A model generated the notes under the pieces. That model ran no database searches, was not told the origin of the DNA, and was given only the letters and a program-made list of their open reading frames with translations. Made by a program: the position numbers and the translations under genes. Of a DNA stretch of 64,000 bases, positions 43,236 through 64,000 are shown in pieces. The number at the start of each line of letters is the position of its first letter. Within the stretch, counting starts at the first letter, position 1. Source of the stretch: the human T2T-CHM13v2.0 reference genome, Homo sapiens; NCBI RefSeq assembly GCF_009914755.1, contig NC_060938.1, one strand, 5' to 3'.

Positions 43236-43805
43236 TACTTTACTGTGTCAGATTATGTGAAAGATTCACCAAAGTAGAGAAATTTTTTTTTATATAGCAA
43301 CAGTGGTGTTATACCTGTCAAAATTAATATTTCCTTGGTTTTATCTTATAACCAATCCATGTTCAGTTTTTTCTACTTGTTTCGAAAATGTCTTTTAAAG
43401 TTGGTTTGTTTAAATCAGGATCCAACAAGATCCAATATTATATTTGGTTATTAAGTCTTTAAAAATCTAGATCTTTCTACATTGAGTTGTTGTTGTTGTT
43501 GTTGTTTGTTTGTTTTTTTCATAGAGTTGTTGCAAAACAGAGTCAGTTGACTCCTATAGAATAGCCCACATTCTGGATATATTGGTTTGCTTCCATTTAT
43601 GTCATTTAACTTGTTTCTCTACGTTTCCTATAAATGTAAGTAAGCTCTAAAAGCTTCAAAGTTTGGAAGTTTTGGGCAAGAATATGTCAGAGATGGTTCT
43701 GTGTGCTTCGTTTTGTGTCACATCAGGAAGCTCACAGTGCTTGGTTGTCAAAATTGATCCATGGGTTCAGCTGGCCTGATCCCTGTATTATAAGGTTCCC
43801 TATGA

Positions 43806-44151
<346 letters not shown>

Positions 44152-44849
44152 TGAATCTCTTATTTCATAAAGGATTGTAAAATGGTGGTTTTTCTTATTC
44201 CTTTACTCCTTTCACATTAGTTGGAATTCTTCTGTACTGTGCGACTCTTTAGTTGGACTCTTCCACTAATATCAAGTAGGGCTATTTGATCATTTGCATA
44301 GGCAAGACAGGATAAATATGTAATTCTTTTAATTGTGAATTTTGAGAATAAGGAATTGATGCTCTAGTTACTTCTAGTATTTCATGTTTGATGCTATTTC
44401 AAATGAAATGTTTTCTTGATTTTATTTTTGAGTTGTTCATTGGTAGTATATAGAAATACAATTGAATTTTGTACATTGATCTTGCAACCTTGGTAAATGC
44501 TTGAGTTTTAGTAGTTTCTTTTTTTTTTTTCTTCCAGCTTTTTAGTTCAGGGGTACATGTGTAGGATGTGCAGGTTTGTTACCTAGGTAAAGGTGTCCCA
44601 TGGTGGTTTACTGCACAGATCATCCCATCACCTAGATATTAAGCCCAGCATCCATTAGCTATTCATCCTGATGTTCTCCCCCTCCTCCTACACCCCATTT
44701 TTTTTTTTCTTTTCTGTTTATTTTTTTAGAGACAAAGTCTCACTCTATTGCCCAGGCTAGAGTGCAGTGGCACCATCATAGCTCACTGAAGCCTTTGAAC
44801 TCCTGGGAACAAGTGATCTTCCCACCTCAGCCTCCCCAGTAGCTGGGAC

Positions 44850-45399
44850 TGAGGCAGAAATTTAAAAATAAATATGCATTCATTCACTCCAAGAAAAGTA
44901 ACAGGCAAGGCAAGGGTTAAAAAGAAAAGAACAAGTTTTCCTCTGCCTAGCAAGCTCACTTCAAGGACAGTTATAAGATAACGCTGTTTGAGAAGCCAAG
45001 GCCAAAGGAATGGACTCCAGACACCCCCTCTTCCAGAGCAAGGTTGAAGGAAAAAAAAAGGAAAGACAAATTCCTTTACTGTTACTCCTTTCCCTGGCTT
45101 CTTAAGCATAACTGTGTTTTGCAAATGTCTGTATTTAGCCAGTTCTTATTTTTCTTTCAATGCAGCTATAAGGTCACCAGCTATGCAAGGCCACAAGTTA
45201 TGCTATGCTATAAAGTATGTGACCTGTCATGATTAACTGCTTTTGTTTTACTTTTGTAAGTCCGCTTACAAAAACCCCACTCCGTCTTTGTTTAATGCTC
45301 AGCTTTTTGGATGTGAATCCACTGAGCTGGTGCGTACCTAAAATAAACAATCCTCCTGTTCTCCGTATCAGTCTCTCCAGTCCTCAGTTTCCTGCAATA
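44850..45399 (+). mobile_element. ERV1 solo LTR (MER61-like, family tentative) inserted into an AluJ
   Basis: TG start; ends caata; 4-bp TSD GGAC at 44846-44849 and 45400-45403, restoring the Alu ctgggactacagg; AATAAA at 45342-45347. Confidence 0.8.
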
Positions 45400-45750
45400 G
45401 GACTACAGGCTCACACCACCACATCTAGCTAATTTCTATTATTTTGTAGAAATGGAGTCTTTGTGTTGCCTGGGCTCGTCCTGAACTCCTGGCCTCAAGT
45501 GGTATTCCCACCTTGGCCTCCCAAAATGTTGTTGGGATTACAGGCATGAGCCACCACACTTGGCTGAGTTTTAGTAGTTTTTAAAAAATAGATTTCTTAG
45601 TGTTTTCTACATAAAAGATCATGTCATCTGAGAGTAAAGATAGTTTTGCTTCTGCCTTTCCAAGCTAGATGCCTTTAATTTCCTTTCTTTCTTGCTTTTT
45701 TTTGAGACATGGTCTCCCTCTGTTGCTCAGGTTGGAGTGCAGTGGCATGA

Positions 45751-46149
<399 letters not shown>

Positions 46150-46249
46150 TAGAGACAGGGTCTTGCCATATTGCCCAGGCTGGTTTCACACTCCTGGGAT
46201 CAAGCAGTCTTCCTGTCTCAGCCTTCCAATGTCGGGATGACAGGCATGA

Positions 46250-46600
<351 letters not shown>

Positions 46601-46963
46601 TGAGTACAATGTTGAATAGAAGTGGTGAGGCCGGGCGCAGTGGCTCACACCTGCAATCCCAGCACTTTGGGAGGCCGAGTCAGGCAGATCACCTGAGGCC
46701 AGGAGTTCTAGACCAGCCTGGCCAACGTGGTGAAACCCCATCTCTACTAAAAATACAAAATTATCCAGGTGTGGTAGCTCATGACTGTAATCCCAGCTAT
46801 TCAGGTGGCTGAGGCATGAGAATCGCTTAAACCCAGGAGGTGGAGGTTGCAGTGAGTCGAGATCGCGCCACTGCACTCTAGCCTGGGTGATAGAGCGAGA
46901 ATCTGTCTCAAAAAAAAAAAAAAGTGGTGAGAGTACGTATCCTTGTCTTTTTCCCAGTCTTAG

Positions 46964-47224
<261 letters not shown>

Positions 47225-49173
47225 TGATCCACCTGCCTCAGCCTCCCAAAGTGCTGGGATTACAGGTGTGAGCCACTGCACCTGGCCTTTCATGATTAAA
47301 TTTGATGTTAGCTGTAGTTTTTTCATAGATGCCCTTTATCAGATGAAGGAATTTACCTTCTCTTCCTAGTATGTTGAGAATTTTTATTATGAATGGGTAT
47401 TGGATCTTGTCAAACACCTTCGTGTGTCTGTTGAGATGATCTTGTTTTTGTACTGTATGCTACTAATTTTACTGCTAGTAGTTGGTTTTTGGATGTAAAA
47501 CCAACTTTGTGTTTCTAGGGTAAATCCCATTTGGTCAGGGTGTATAGTCCTATTTATGTGGTGCTAGACTTGGTTTTGTCATAATTTGTTAAGAATTTTT
47601 ACAGCTGGCTGGATGTGGTGGCTCATGCCTGTAATCTCAGCACTTTGGGAGGCCAAGGCAGGAGGATTGCTTGGGCCTAGGAGTTCTGGACCAGCCTGGG
47701 CAGCATAGGGAGACCTGTCCTCTACAAAAAATAATAAATCAGTAAGAGAGAGGGAGGGAGGGAAGGAAGGAAGGATGAGAGGAAGGGAGAGATAGAGAAG
47801 GAGGGCGGGAGAGTGGAAAGGAAGGAGGAAAAGGAGTCTGGATGTTCATGAGCGATATTGGTCTGTAATGTTTTCTTGTGATATCTTTAGCTTTTCTATG
47901 AGGGTAATTATACTGGCCTCCCTGGTTCAAGTGATTCTCATGCCACAGTTTCTTGAGCAGCTGGCACTACAGGCGTCCACCACCAATGTCTTGTTAATGT
48001 TTGCATATTTTTTAGTAGAGATGGGGTTTTGCCTTGTTAGGCTGGTCTTGAACTCTTGGCCTCCAGTGATTCACTTGCCTTGGCTTCCCAAAGTACTGGG
48101 ATTATAGGTACGAGCCACCGTGCCTGGCCTGGTTGTTATTTTTGGAGCTTCTCATGCTGTATTTATGCTTTTGACATGACCCATTTGTCTTGTTATAGCC
48201 TCTCTGCTTTCTAACACAACAACAGTTCCCAGGCTTACCTTGGACTTGGAATCAGCTATTCCTCCATGGAGTCCTGGTTCCTTATAGTTGGAACCACAGT
48301 CTGGGTGCCATGTGCCCGTTGCTGTTAGGTTGTCATCGTTGGCAGGGCGCAGTGGTTTATGCCTGTAATCTTGGCACTTTGGGAGGCTGAGGCGAGCAGA
48401 TCACTTTAGCCCACGAGTTCGAGACTAGCCTGGGCAACACAGTGAAGCCCCGTTTCTACAAAAAAAAAAAAATACAAAAATTAGCTGGGTGTGGTGGCAT
48501 ACACCTGTAATCCCAGCTACTTGAAAGGCTGAGGCATGAGGATCTCTCGAACCCAGGAGGTGGAGGCTGCAGTGAGCCGAGATGCACCACTGCACTCCAG
48601 CCTGGGAAACAGAGCGAGACTGCGTCTCAAAAAAATAAATAAATAAAAAGGTTGTTACTGTTTCTAGAACTTTTCGGTGGAAAGAACTAAAGACATATTT
48701 TTGAAAAGAAAATAATTGGTTCATGTTGATAATTCCAATTTAAATTTTCACATTAAACAATTTTCAGGGGATTTTTTTGTACTTTATTTTTTTCTTACAT
48801 CGAAAATCTTGGTTCATAACATTAATACAATATTGTTTCAAAATGATAATACCAATATTATCAATTTGTCTACAGAATGAAGTTTAAGACTTTTGGAGCT
48901 GTGGTTCTTAGAATAATACTATGTTTAAATACCCTTTAAATCATTGTTTTAATATATCACCAGCTTGATATGTAGATTTGCTTCAGTTTCTTTTTCAAAA
49001 AGCCTTGATTATAGGTGTGTCTCTTTACCATGTTCCCTCCCTCCTTCTCTTATAGGTATAAACACTTTTTATTTCCTATTTGGTTTACTTTTCCAGTGGT
49101 TCTTTTTGCATATACAAGCAAATGCAGGTTATTTAAGTTGAGATATAGTTCACATACCATAAGATTCATCTCA

Positions 49174-49362
<189 letters not shown>

Positions 49363-49523
49363 TCAGGAGGCTGAGGTGCAAGAATCACTTGAACCTGGGA
49401 GGGGGAGGTTGCAGTGAACCGAGATCATGCCACTGCACTCCAGCCTGGGTGACAGAGTGAGACTCCATCTAAAATATAAAAAGAAGAAAAGGGTGCAACT
49501 AAGTGATTTTTAGTAGTAATATA

Positions 49524-50125
49524 ATTATCCCTTGTTATCTGTGGTGTATAGGTTCCAGGACCCCACAGATACCAAAATCCACAAATACTCAAGTCTCTTA
49601 CATAAAATGGCATGGTATTTGCATATAACCTACACATATCCTCCCATATGCTTTAAATCATCTCTAGATTACTGATAGTACCTAATACAACGTAAATGCT
49701 ATGTGAATAGTTATGCTATATTGGTTATTTGTATTTTTTATTGCTATATTGTTATTTTTTATTTATTTATTTTTTTAGATGGAGTCTCGCTCTGTTGCCC
49801 AGGCTGGAGTGCAGTGGTCCACGATCTTGGCTCAATGAAACTTCCACCTCCTGGGTTCAAGTGATGCTCCTGCCTCAGCCTCCCAAGTAGCTGAGATTAC
49901 AGGCATGTGCCTGGCTAATTTTTATATTTTTAGTAGAGACAGGGTTTCACCATGTTGGCCAGGTCTTGGAACTCCTGACCTCAAGTGATCTACCTGCCTT
50001 GGCCTCCCAAAGTACTAGGATTACAGGCATGAGCCACTGCGCCTGGCCTGTTATTTTTTATTTTTATTTTTTCTGAATATTTTTTATCTGCTTGGTTGAA
50101 TCAATGGATGTGGATGGCCAACTAT
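49524..50125. mobile_element. MER2 (TcMar-Tigger) split by an antisense Alu
   Basis: ggttccaggacccc...ataccaaaatccac...tatttgcatataacctac...ttggttgaatc. Confidence 0.75.
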
Positions 50126-50210
50126 ATATTCATAGTTTTACAGTTTTCTCTACTGTCCGACTCCACAACATTTCATCATCCCAAAAAGGATCCCCATATC
50201 CAGGAGATGA

Positions 50211-50552
<342 letters not shown>

Positions 50553-50578
50553 TAGCCAGGATGGTCTTGATCTCCTGA

Positions 50579-50865
<287 letters not shown>

Positions 50866-50955
50866 TGATCTCCTGACCTCAAGTAATCTGCCCGCCTCGG
50901 CCTCCCAAAGTGCTGGGATTACATGTGTGAACCACTGCACCTGGCTAAAATAAAT

Positions 50956-51500
50956 TTATTTTAGATTCAGGGGGTACATGTGCAGGTTTGTTACAAGGGT
51001 ATATTCCAAGATGCTGAAGTTTGGGCTACTAATGACCCTGTTGACCAAGCAGTGAACATAGTACCTGATAGGTAGTTTTTCAGCCCTTGCCCCGTAGCCG
51101 CTTTTGGAATCCCCAGTGTTTATTGTTCCCATCTTTGTGTCCATAAGTACCCAGTGTTTAGCTCCCGCTTATAAGTGAGAACATGGTGTTTGATTTTCTG
51201 TTTCTGTGTTAATTTGCTTAAGATAATGGCCTCCAGCTGCATCCATGTTGCTGCAGAGGACATGATTTTGTTCTTTTTTATGGCTGCATAGTATTTCATG
51301 GTGTGTATGTGCCACATTTTCTGTATCGTATTTACCATTGATGGGCACCTGGGTTGATTCCATGTCTTTGCTGTTGTGAATAGTGCTGCATTGAACATGT
51401 GAGGGCAAGTGTCTTTTTGGTAGAGCAGTTTATTTTCCTTTGGGTAGATAGCCAGTAATGGGATTGCTGGTTCAAATGGTGATTCAGTTTTTAGTTCTAA
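50956..51500 (-). mobile_element. L1PB/L1MA-type 3' end
   Basis: gggggtacatgtgcaggtttgttac...cttataagtgagaacat...catccatgttgctgca...gggattgctgg. Confidence 0.85.
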
Positions 51501-51869
51501 GCTTTGTAATATTCCACCCTGTTTCTATTGTATAGGTTTTTTTTTTTTTTTTTTTTTTTTTGCTATGCAGGACTACTGCAGTATCTATAGCTTTTTAGTC
51601 AGTCTCTGTGATGAATATTTACGTTGTTTCCAGTATTTAGCCATTTAAAATAATGTTGCCGTGATGAATAACCTTGTGCACAGAGTATTTCACATTTTGC
51701 TGCTGTAATTTTGGGACATATTCCTAGAAGTGGGATTCCTAGGTCAAAGGGCAAGTGCATCTACAATTTTTCTAGATCTGGTCAGATTCCCCCAAAGAGG
51801 TTTTTGTATTTTGCATTCCCAGCAAAATACAATCAGCAATGATGATTGCTGTACCATGTGTTTGTCAAT

Positions 51870-52107
51870 TGTGAATTTGTTCCTAGCATTTAGAAATTGG
51901 GAGATTCTACTTAAAAATCCTTATTTCCAGTGTCTTAAAAAAAAATCAGAGAATCTGCCTTAATCTACCCATGGCAACAGTTGGCTAGAGCTGAATAACA
52001 GCTGCCCCTTTTCTAGGTACTCTCTAGGTTACTGCAGCCCCCACTTGGCCATTTTACTTACTTTTGCTACCTATCAGTCTCCTATAGACATGAGTTTTTG
52101 ACCCCTG
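51870..52107 (-). mobile_element. MER102-like hAT element, second piece
   Basis: aaattgggagatt...aaaaatcc...catggcaacagttggctagagctga...gctgcccc...gacccctg. Confidence 0.6.
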
Positions 52108-52629
52108 CTCTAAGTATGGTTTTCTGGGTAGGTAGAATGGAGACGGAGAGTTTGGGACTTGAAGACATAGAGGACAATTTAGATTATTATGTTGTAAGAG
52201 CCACCAGTGTGAATGTTGATGACCCTAAAGAGGGTGGCAGGGAATATGACAAGGGGATATTAGGAACACAGGATTGAAATCCTTGAGGAAAGCACATGTC
52301 CTAGAGGTCCATGGAAGACTAACTGAAAAAGAAGGCATATTTTTTGTGGTTGCCATGGTCCTATACCAAAGAGGTTTTGTGAAGGCAGCATTACAGTAGG
52401 TCTGGAAAGGACCAGCAGCTGGGAGCAGGGAGTGTGCTAAAGCCCTCCTGGTGTACTCTTCCTGCCTTCCCCCATATACTGAAGTTTGAGAGGCTGGGAA
52501 GGTGCGGAATGGGAAAAGGAGCAGCTGCTTATGTTCAGTTTAACATTCTCTGGGTTTCTCCATCTAGGTCTTGAGTTCATTCTCTTCCTGTCCTTTTGGC
52601 TTCCTTGTTTAACCTGGTCCCTGTTTCAG

Positions 52630-52755
52630 GAGAGAAGCCTCATCAGTGCCAAGTCTGTGGGAAGACCTTCTCTCAGAGTGGAAGCAGGAATGTGCATATG
52701 AGAAAGCATCACCTGCAGCTGGGAGCAGCTGGGAGTCAAGAGCAGGAGCAAACTG
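52630..52755 (+). CDS. ZNF410: ZNF410 exon 9, ZF5 ([24 protein letters not shown])
   Basis: tttcag|GA acceptor, CTG|gtgagg donor; 126 nt. Confidence 0.97.
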
Positions 52756-53148
52756 GTGAGGAGGGTGGGCATAGTGGAACGCTGTACTACTTCTAGGGTT
52801 CCAAGAGCCAAATCACTGTCCTGCCTGCTTATCTGGAAATTTTCTGATTCTGTTTTGGGTAGATAGACCTGGTCTCATTTGATGGGCTGATGGTTTCCAA
52901 ACATAGCTATACAGTAGAATCATCTGCAACCTTTTAAAATTTATATACTTTTTGTTGCTTGTCCGCCCACCAATAAAACAAAGCAATCTGATAAATGAGA
53001 TAATTTGCAAGATCCTAGAATCTGTAGTTTTAAAAGTTTCCCTAGTGAGTTTGATGGTAACTAGTGCTGATCCATGAACAAGCATTTGAGTAACACAGTG
53101 ATAAAAGATTTCCACATGGGAAGAGTTTAAGCTTTTTAATTTTTTTAG

Positions 53149-53406
<258 letters not shown>

Positions 53407-53715
53407 TAATTCTTATTCCTTCGCCATATCTTTCCTTAATTATTCCAAATATTCCTTTCTAAAGATCCACCTATCCTGTTTCATATGCTAATTCTTCAGA
53501 CGCTGAACACAAGCAAGGATCATTATCTTCTAAGGCTTACTCTTTCCCTTCTAGGTTTATTCTTGTTTCTCGAAAGTAGGTGAAATAGGGGGTGGCATCC
53601 CATCTATAGGTTAACTTCTAGTAATGAAAGAGAAGGCCAGCTTCTGTTGAAAGAAAATGAGGACCAGGCACAGCCTTGATTGCTGTATGTCTCTCACAAC
53701 CTATTCTCTGTGCAG

Positions 53716-53856
53716 CTGAGCCACTAATGGGCAGTAGTTTGCTTGAAGAGGCTTCAGTACCCAGTAAAAACCTGGTGTCTATGAATTCCCAGCCCAGCCT
53801 TGGTGGAGAGTCCTTGAACCTACCAAATACCAATTCTATCCTGGGAGTTGATGATG
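53716..53856 (+). CDS. ZNF410: ZNF410 exon 10, AEPLMGSSLL...ILGVDD
   Basis: gtgcag|CT acceptor, ATG|gtaaga donor; 141 nt, phase 1-1. Confidence 0.95.
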
Positions 53857-54241
53857 GTAAGACTTCCAACTCTCCTTTATTTGGGAAAAATGGGCTGCAA
53901 CTAGGGGCTAAGGAATGGGGTGTCTCCACAATGTATGTTTAAATCTCATTTCTTATGAGTAGCTGTGGTATGAGTAGCATTTGTGTTCTTATTCTCTGGG
54001 GTGGATTAGTCAATCTGTTTAAAAAAAAATTTTTTTTCATTGAAGATAATATAATAAAAGAATAAAAAGAAAAAATTCTTAAGAAAAAATTATTCCTAAT
54101 CCTAGCATCCTAGCCCAACTATTTCTATCTTTCCTATTGCAGTTATGGAAGAACTTAACTTTTAGAACATTTAAACAGAACATAACCAGGTTTTACAGAG
54201 GAGATATAAAGCAATTTCTCCATACCTTCAAAAGCCATATC

Positions 54242-54386
54242 TTCTGGAGAAAAGAAAGGGCTCTCTAGGAAACACTTGCTCCTCTCTGGTATAGAAATTT
54301 CACCCAAGTTACACAGGCCAGGCCCTCTTCTCTGAAAAACTTAACAGGTGAGGTCAGCATGCATTTATTCAGTGCCTACTGTGTGC
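54242..54386 (+). repeat. Left arm of 145-bp inverted repeat flanking ZNF410 exon 11
   Basis: 137/145 identical to the reverse complement of 55477-55621, no gaps. Confidence 0.95.
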
Positions 54387-55044
54387 CTGGCACCATGGGA
54401 AAGACAAAAGTAGAAGATAGGGACCTTAAAATCCAGTTGAGAAGTGAAAGCTTACATATATATGGGAAAGAACATTGAGTACATAAAAGATAGTATATAA
54501 GCCAACATTAAATTATATGGTACAGCATAAAATAGTTGTATAATCTAGAAAACCCCTAGAAGAAACTTCTAGTTTTTTGAGGGCTAAGTGGTATATCCAT
54601 AAACTATTTCCAGAAGATTTTCATGGTGATCCCACTGATGAACATTTAGTAACTGTGAGACCCTATGTTTTTGTTACTCATATCATATTCAGTTAGTAAG
54701 TGCTATTAGTATCATTGGCGACTGCTTTTAAGGGTGGCTTTGGTTCCCTTACCTGCTTGCCTAAGACTTTTGCCTGTTTCATACATAGTTTTAATTCAGT
54801 TAAAAGTGCTAACACCATATTATTCTAAATCCTGTATTAAGATTTCTTGCCTTTCTATTCTCTTTTTATATTACTTTCCAAATTCACTGATAATGCTTAT
54901 CAGACAGGATTAACTTGGAAGAAATAGAGGAATGTGGGAAATAGAGGAATAGAGTTTTAGAGTTGTTAATGAGAGGCTTAATGATCCAGATAGGTGTATC
55001 TCTGGATTCACTTTTCATTGAAACATTTTTCTGTTGCTTCACAG

Positions 55045-55172
55045 AGGTGCTTGCTGAAGGATCCCCACGTTCCCTGTCTTCAGTGCCTGATGTGACACAT
55101 CACCTGGTGACCATGCAGTCAGGGAGGCAATCATATGAAGTTTCTGTCTTAACTGCAGTAAATCCACAAGAG
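55045..55172 (+). CDS. ZNF410: ZNF410 exon 11, EVLAEGSPRS...AVNPQE
   Basis: cacag|AG acceptor, GAG|gtaaag donor; 128 nt, phase 1-0. Confidence 0.95.
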
Positions 55173-55476
55173 GTAAAGTGGTCTCTTGCCCTTTGTTTCT
55201 GTGACAATTCATGTGGGGAATGATTGAGAATTTAGAGGACCTGAAAAAGTCTCCAGTTTCCATTTCCTGGAAACTTTGGCACGAATATTTTCCTTTAAAT
55301 TAAGCATGAGTTCAGCTTGAAAGGAGCCTGAGGGTTAGGGTCTTAATGAATTGGAGATTGGTCTGTCACAGCTGGGACTCCCGGCTTTAAAGTTCTTTTA
55401 TATACATTCCTTGTTGATGTCTGTTCCCACTATTCTCTGCCACACTATAACATGATACAGCTTTTATTTTATAAAA

Positions 55477-55621
55477 GCACACAGCAGGCACTGAATAAAT
55501 GCATGTTGACCTCACCTGTTAAGTTATTCAGAGAAGAGGGCCTGGCCTGTGTAAATTGGGTGAAATTTCTGTACCAGACAGGAGCAAGTATTTCCTAGAG
55601 ATCCCTTTCTTTTCTCCAGAA
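55477..55621 (-). repeat. Right arm of 145-bp inverted repeat flanking ZNF410 exon 11
   Basis: Reverse complement of 54242-54386 with 8 mismatches. Confidence 0.95.
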
Positions 55622-55788
55622 ATAACATCCTGGAAAAAGTCCCTCAGCAAAAAAGGTAGTAACAAAATCATTAAACATAATTATTGTTCATTCTGCTATG
55701 GTCATATGTCTGGGAGATACCAGGCTTAACCAAATGGGCATATACAGATTTGTTCACTTGCTTGCTAAGTGAGAACCATTACCTAAAT

Positions 55789-56072
55789 CAATGGTCTCCA
55801 GCCTTTTTGGCACCAGGGACCGGTTTCGTTTCACCTCAGGTCATCAGGCATTAGATTCTGATAAGGAGTGCGCAACCTAGATCCCTCAAATACACAGTTC
55901 ACAATAGGGTTTGCGCTCCTATGAGAATCTGTTGCTGCTGCTGATCTGACAGGAGAGGTGGAGCTCAGGTGGTAATGCTTGCTCACCTGCTGCTCACCTC
56001 CTGCTGTGTGGCCTGGTTCCTAACAGGGCACGGACCAGTGCTGGTCCATGGCCTGGGGGTTGGTGACTTCTG
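55789..56072. mobile_element. MER1B (hAT-Charlie)
   Basis: cctttttggcaccagggaccggtttc...catcaggcattagattc...gcaacctagatccctc...gggggttggtgacttctg; TSD-like acctaaat/atctaaac. Confidence 0.8.
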
Positions 56073-56123
56073 ATCTAAACAAAAAGGGTTTGAGGTTGAG
56101 CTAAAGCACTTTCAACTCTGTAG

Positions 56124-62551
<6,428 letters not shown>

Positions 62552-63153
62552 TCATTTTGTTTTTATATTAAAATGGAAGCCAATTTCATTATTTCAAAAC
62601 TCCTTTGAATAGAGCCTTGTGTATAGAGTAGAATGTTAGTGGTAGTTGCCATTATGCAGGAGTCCCTTAGGCTTATCATTCTTTTAAGCCCAAGGAACCC
62701 CTAGATCTTTTATGAGTGGGTTTCAGCTCTCATATAGTACTTATAAAGGAACAGCTCCTCTTCCTATTTCCTTCTCCTACTTGAGCCTTCAGCCTATCCT
62801 TTGGCTGACACGTATAAGATTTTGGTTCCACCATTTCTGTTTTCCCTGTAAGTTAGAGATTCCTCTGTCACTGACTGATGAGTAGGTAACTACACAAACA
62901 ATAGTTTGGCTTATAGACTCAGAATATTTGATTGCCAGAGTTAAAATGCCAGCCTTATGACATGGCTAAAGTGCTGTCCCAAGGCCACAGTGACATCTAT
63001 CAGTCCGTGCATGTGTTTGCTTTGGAAGTAGATAGCCTTCATTCACCCCTGTAGTGCATTCTCCATCCTCCACTCTTAATACTTTTTACTATGAATTATT
63101 TTTTCTATAATTCAACTGTAACCTATTCTAGATTTGCTTTCAATCTTTTACAG

Positions 63154-63192
63154 TTACTAAACCAAGGAGATTTAACTGAAAGACGGACATGA
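63154..63192 (+). CDS. ZNF410: ZNF410 last coding exon (exon 12), LLNQGDLTERRT*
   Basis: ttacag|TTA acceptor; TGA at 63190-63192; completes the 478-aa ORF. Confidence 0.95.
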   Translation, partial: LLNQGDLTERRT

Positions 63193-63726
63193 GCGTGGGT
63201 GCTGACTCCTGGAAGAGCAACTCTATCTGATCTCAAAATGCGTATACTGGGAACAGGATGCCTTAGCCCACAACAGAACCAGAATGAATCTTTGAAGGCA
63301 CAAGACTCTGCTTTTGCCACTCTTCCTCTTTCCTGGTATAGAAGATGGATGTAGGAGAGCTTCTTTTCTAACTACCATCTGATCAGACAAGGAATGAAGC
63401 AATGACTGTGGGCTGGGAAACTGTACCTACCTCTCTTCCCACTGCAAATTTCTGGGATAGACCAAAAGTGAATTTGATTATGTGTTGGCTGAAGTTCTTC
63501 ATTCTGACTGTTGAGGGGAGGTTTTCCTTTGAAGAGTTTTCATCCCAGACTCAGCTGTCTTTTCACATGGATGAAATAATTCCTGCTACCAACAACAGAG
63601 CTTCACCAGGAAGTTGAGTTTTCAAGATGCCTTGTTGCTTTGAAGAAGGGAGTGATGTCAATTCTCTTGTTACATTCTCCCTTTAGCAACCTGAGTAAGA
63701 GACTCTCTGCCACTGGGCTGCAAAAA

Positions 63727-63732
63727 AATAAA
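63727..63732 (+). terminator. Candidate proximal ZNF410 poly(A) signal AATAAA
   Basis: AATAAA in the 3' UTR with T-rich sequence downstream. Confidence 0.6.
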
Positions 63733-63907
63733 TTACTTGAATCTCCCCTTGGCCCAGGCTGAGGTACTATCTTGTCCTATACACTTCTACTTGGTCACTT
63801 TGCTTTCTTCGTTAATGGAACATACAGTAGCATGTTAAGAGGGATTTCATGTTTTTGTTTTTTTAAAGTTAAAAATTACATGATGCAGAGATTCAGGTTT
63901 TCCTTTA

Positions 63908-63913
63908 AATAAA
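63908..63913 (+). terminator. Candidate distal ZNF410 poly(A) signal AATAAA
   Basis: AATAAA followed by a T/GT-rich tract (ctttggctcttgttttt). Confidence 0.6.
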
Positions 63914-64000
63914 CAAAACAGCCCAGTCAGTTCTTTGGCTCTTGTTTTATACAAAATTTGTTTTCTTAGAGATTAAGAATTTAATCTTTCCCTTTAAAAT

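Noticed and set aside
47742-47835. Polypurine GGAA/GGGA tract
   Set aside because: Degenerate low-complexity sequence after an Alu monomer tail; no long pure GGAA array.

Overview
Human (primate) genomic DNA, not microbial; from the translated exons I recognise the PTGR2-ZNF410 locus. Both genes are on the + strand. The window holds the last seven coding exons of PTGR2 (prostaglandin reductase 2; 900 nt = 299 codons + stop, N-terminal part upstream of the window) and its 3' UTR. A CpG-island promoter follows at about 17.9-19.1 kb, then the complete ZNF410 gene (non-coding exon 1 plus 11 coding exons; 1437 nt = 478 aa, five C2H2 fingers). All exon boundaries were checked by hand for AG/GT and reading phase. 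Exon numbers follow my recollection of the standard gene models. Introns are packed with Alus (roughly 70-80 copies or fragments), L1/L2/MIR remnants, LTRs, DNA transposons and a Y1 RNA pseudogene. Most ORFs in the supplied track are Alu or GC-rich artefacts. Top observations: (1) a non-Alu, ungapped 145-bp inverted repeat (137/145 identical) bracketing ZNF410 exon 11, which could loop the exon out and give a 431-aa isoform with a new C-terminus; (2) a 60-bp copy of PTGR2 coding sequence inserted in an intronic MER47-like transposon 600 bp upstream of its source, with a hairpin junction; (3) a 10-codon uORF in better Kozak context than the ZNF410 start codon; (4) a PTGR2 3' UTR duplication whose internal micro-duplication creates the only AATAAA I found there. 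Repeat family names come from remembered consensus sequences and repeat boundaries are approximate.
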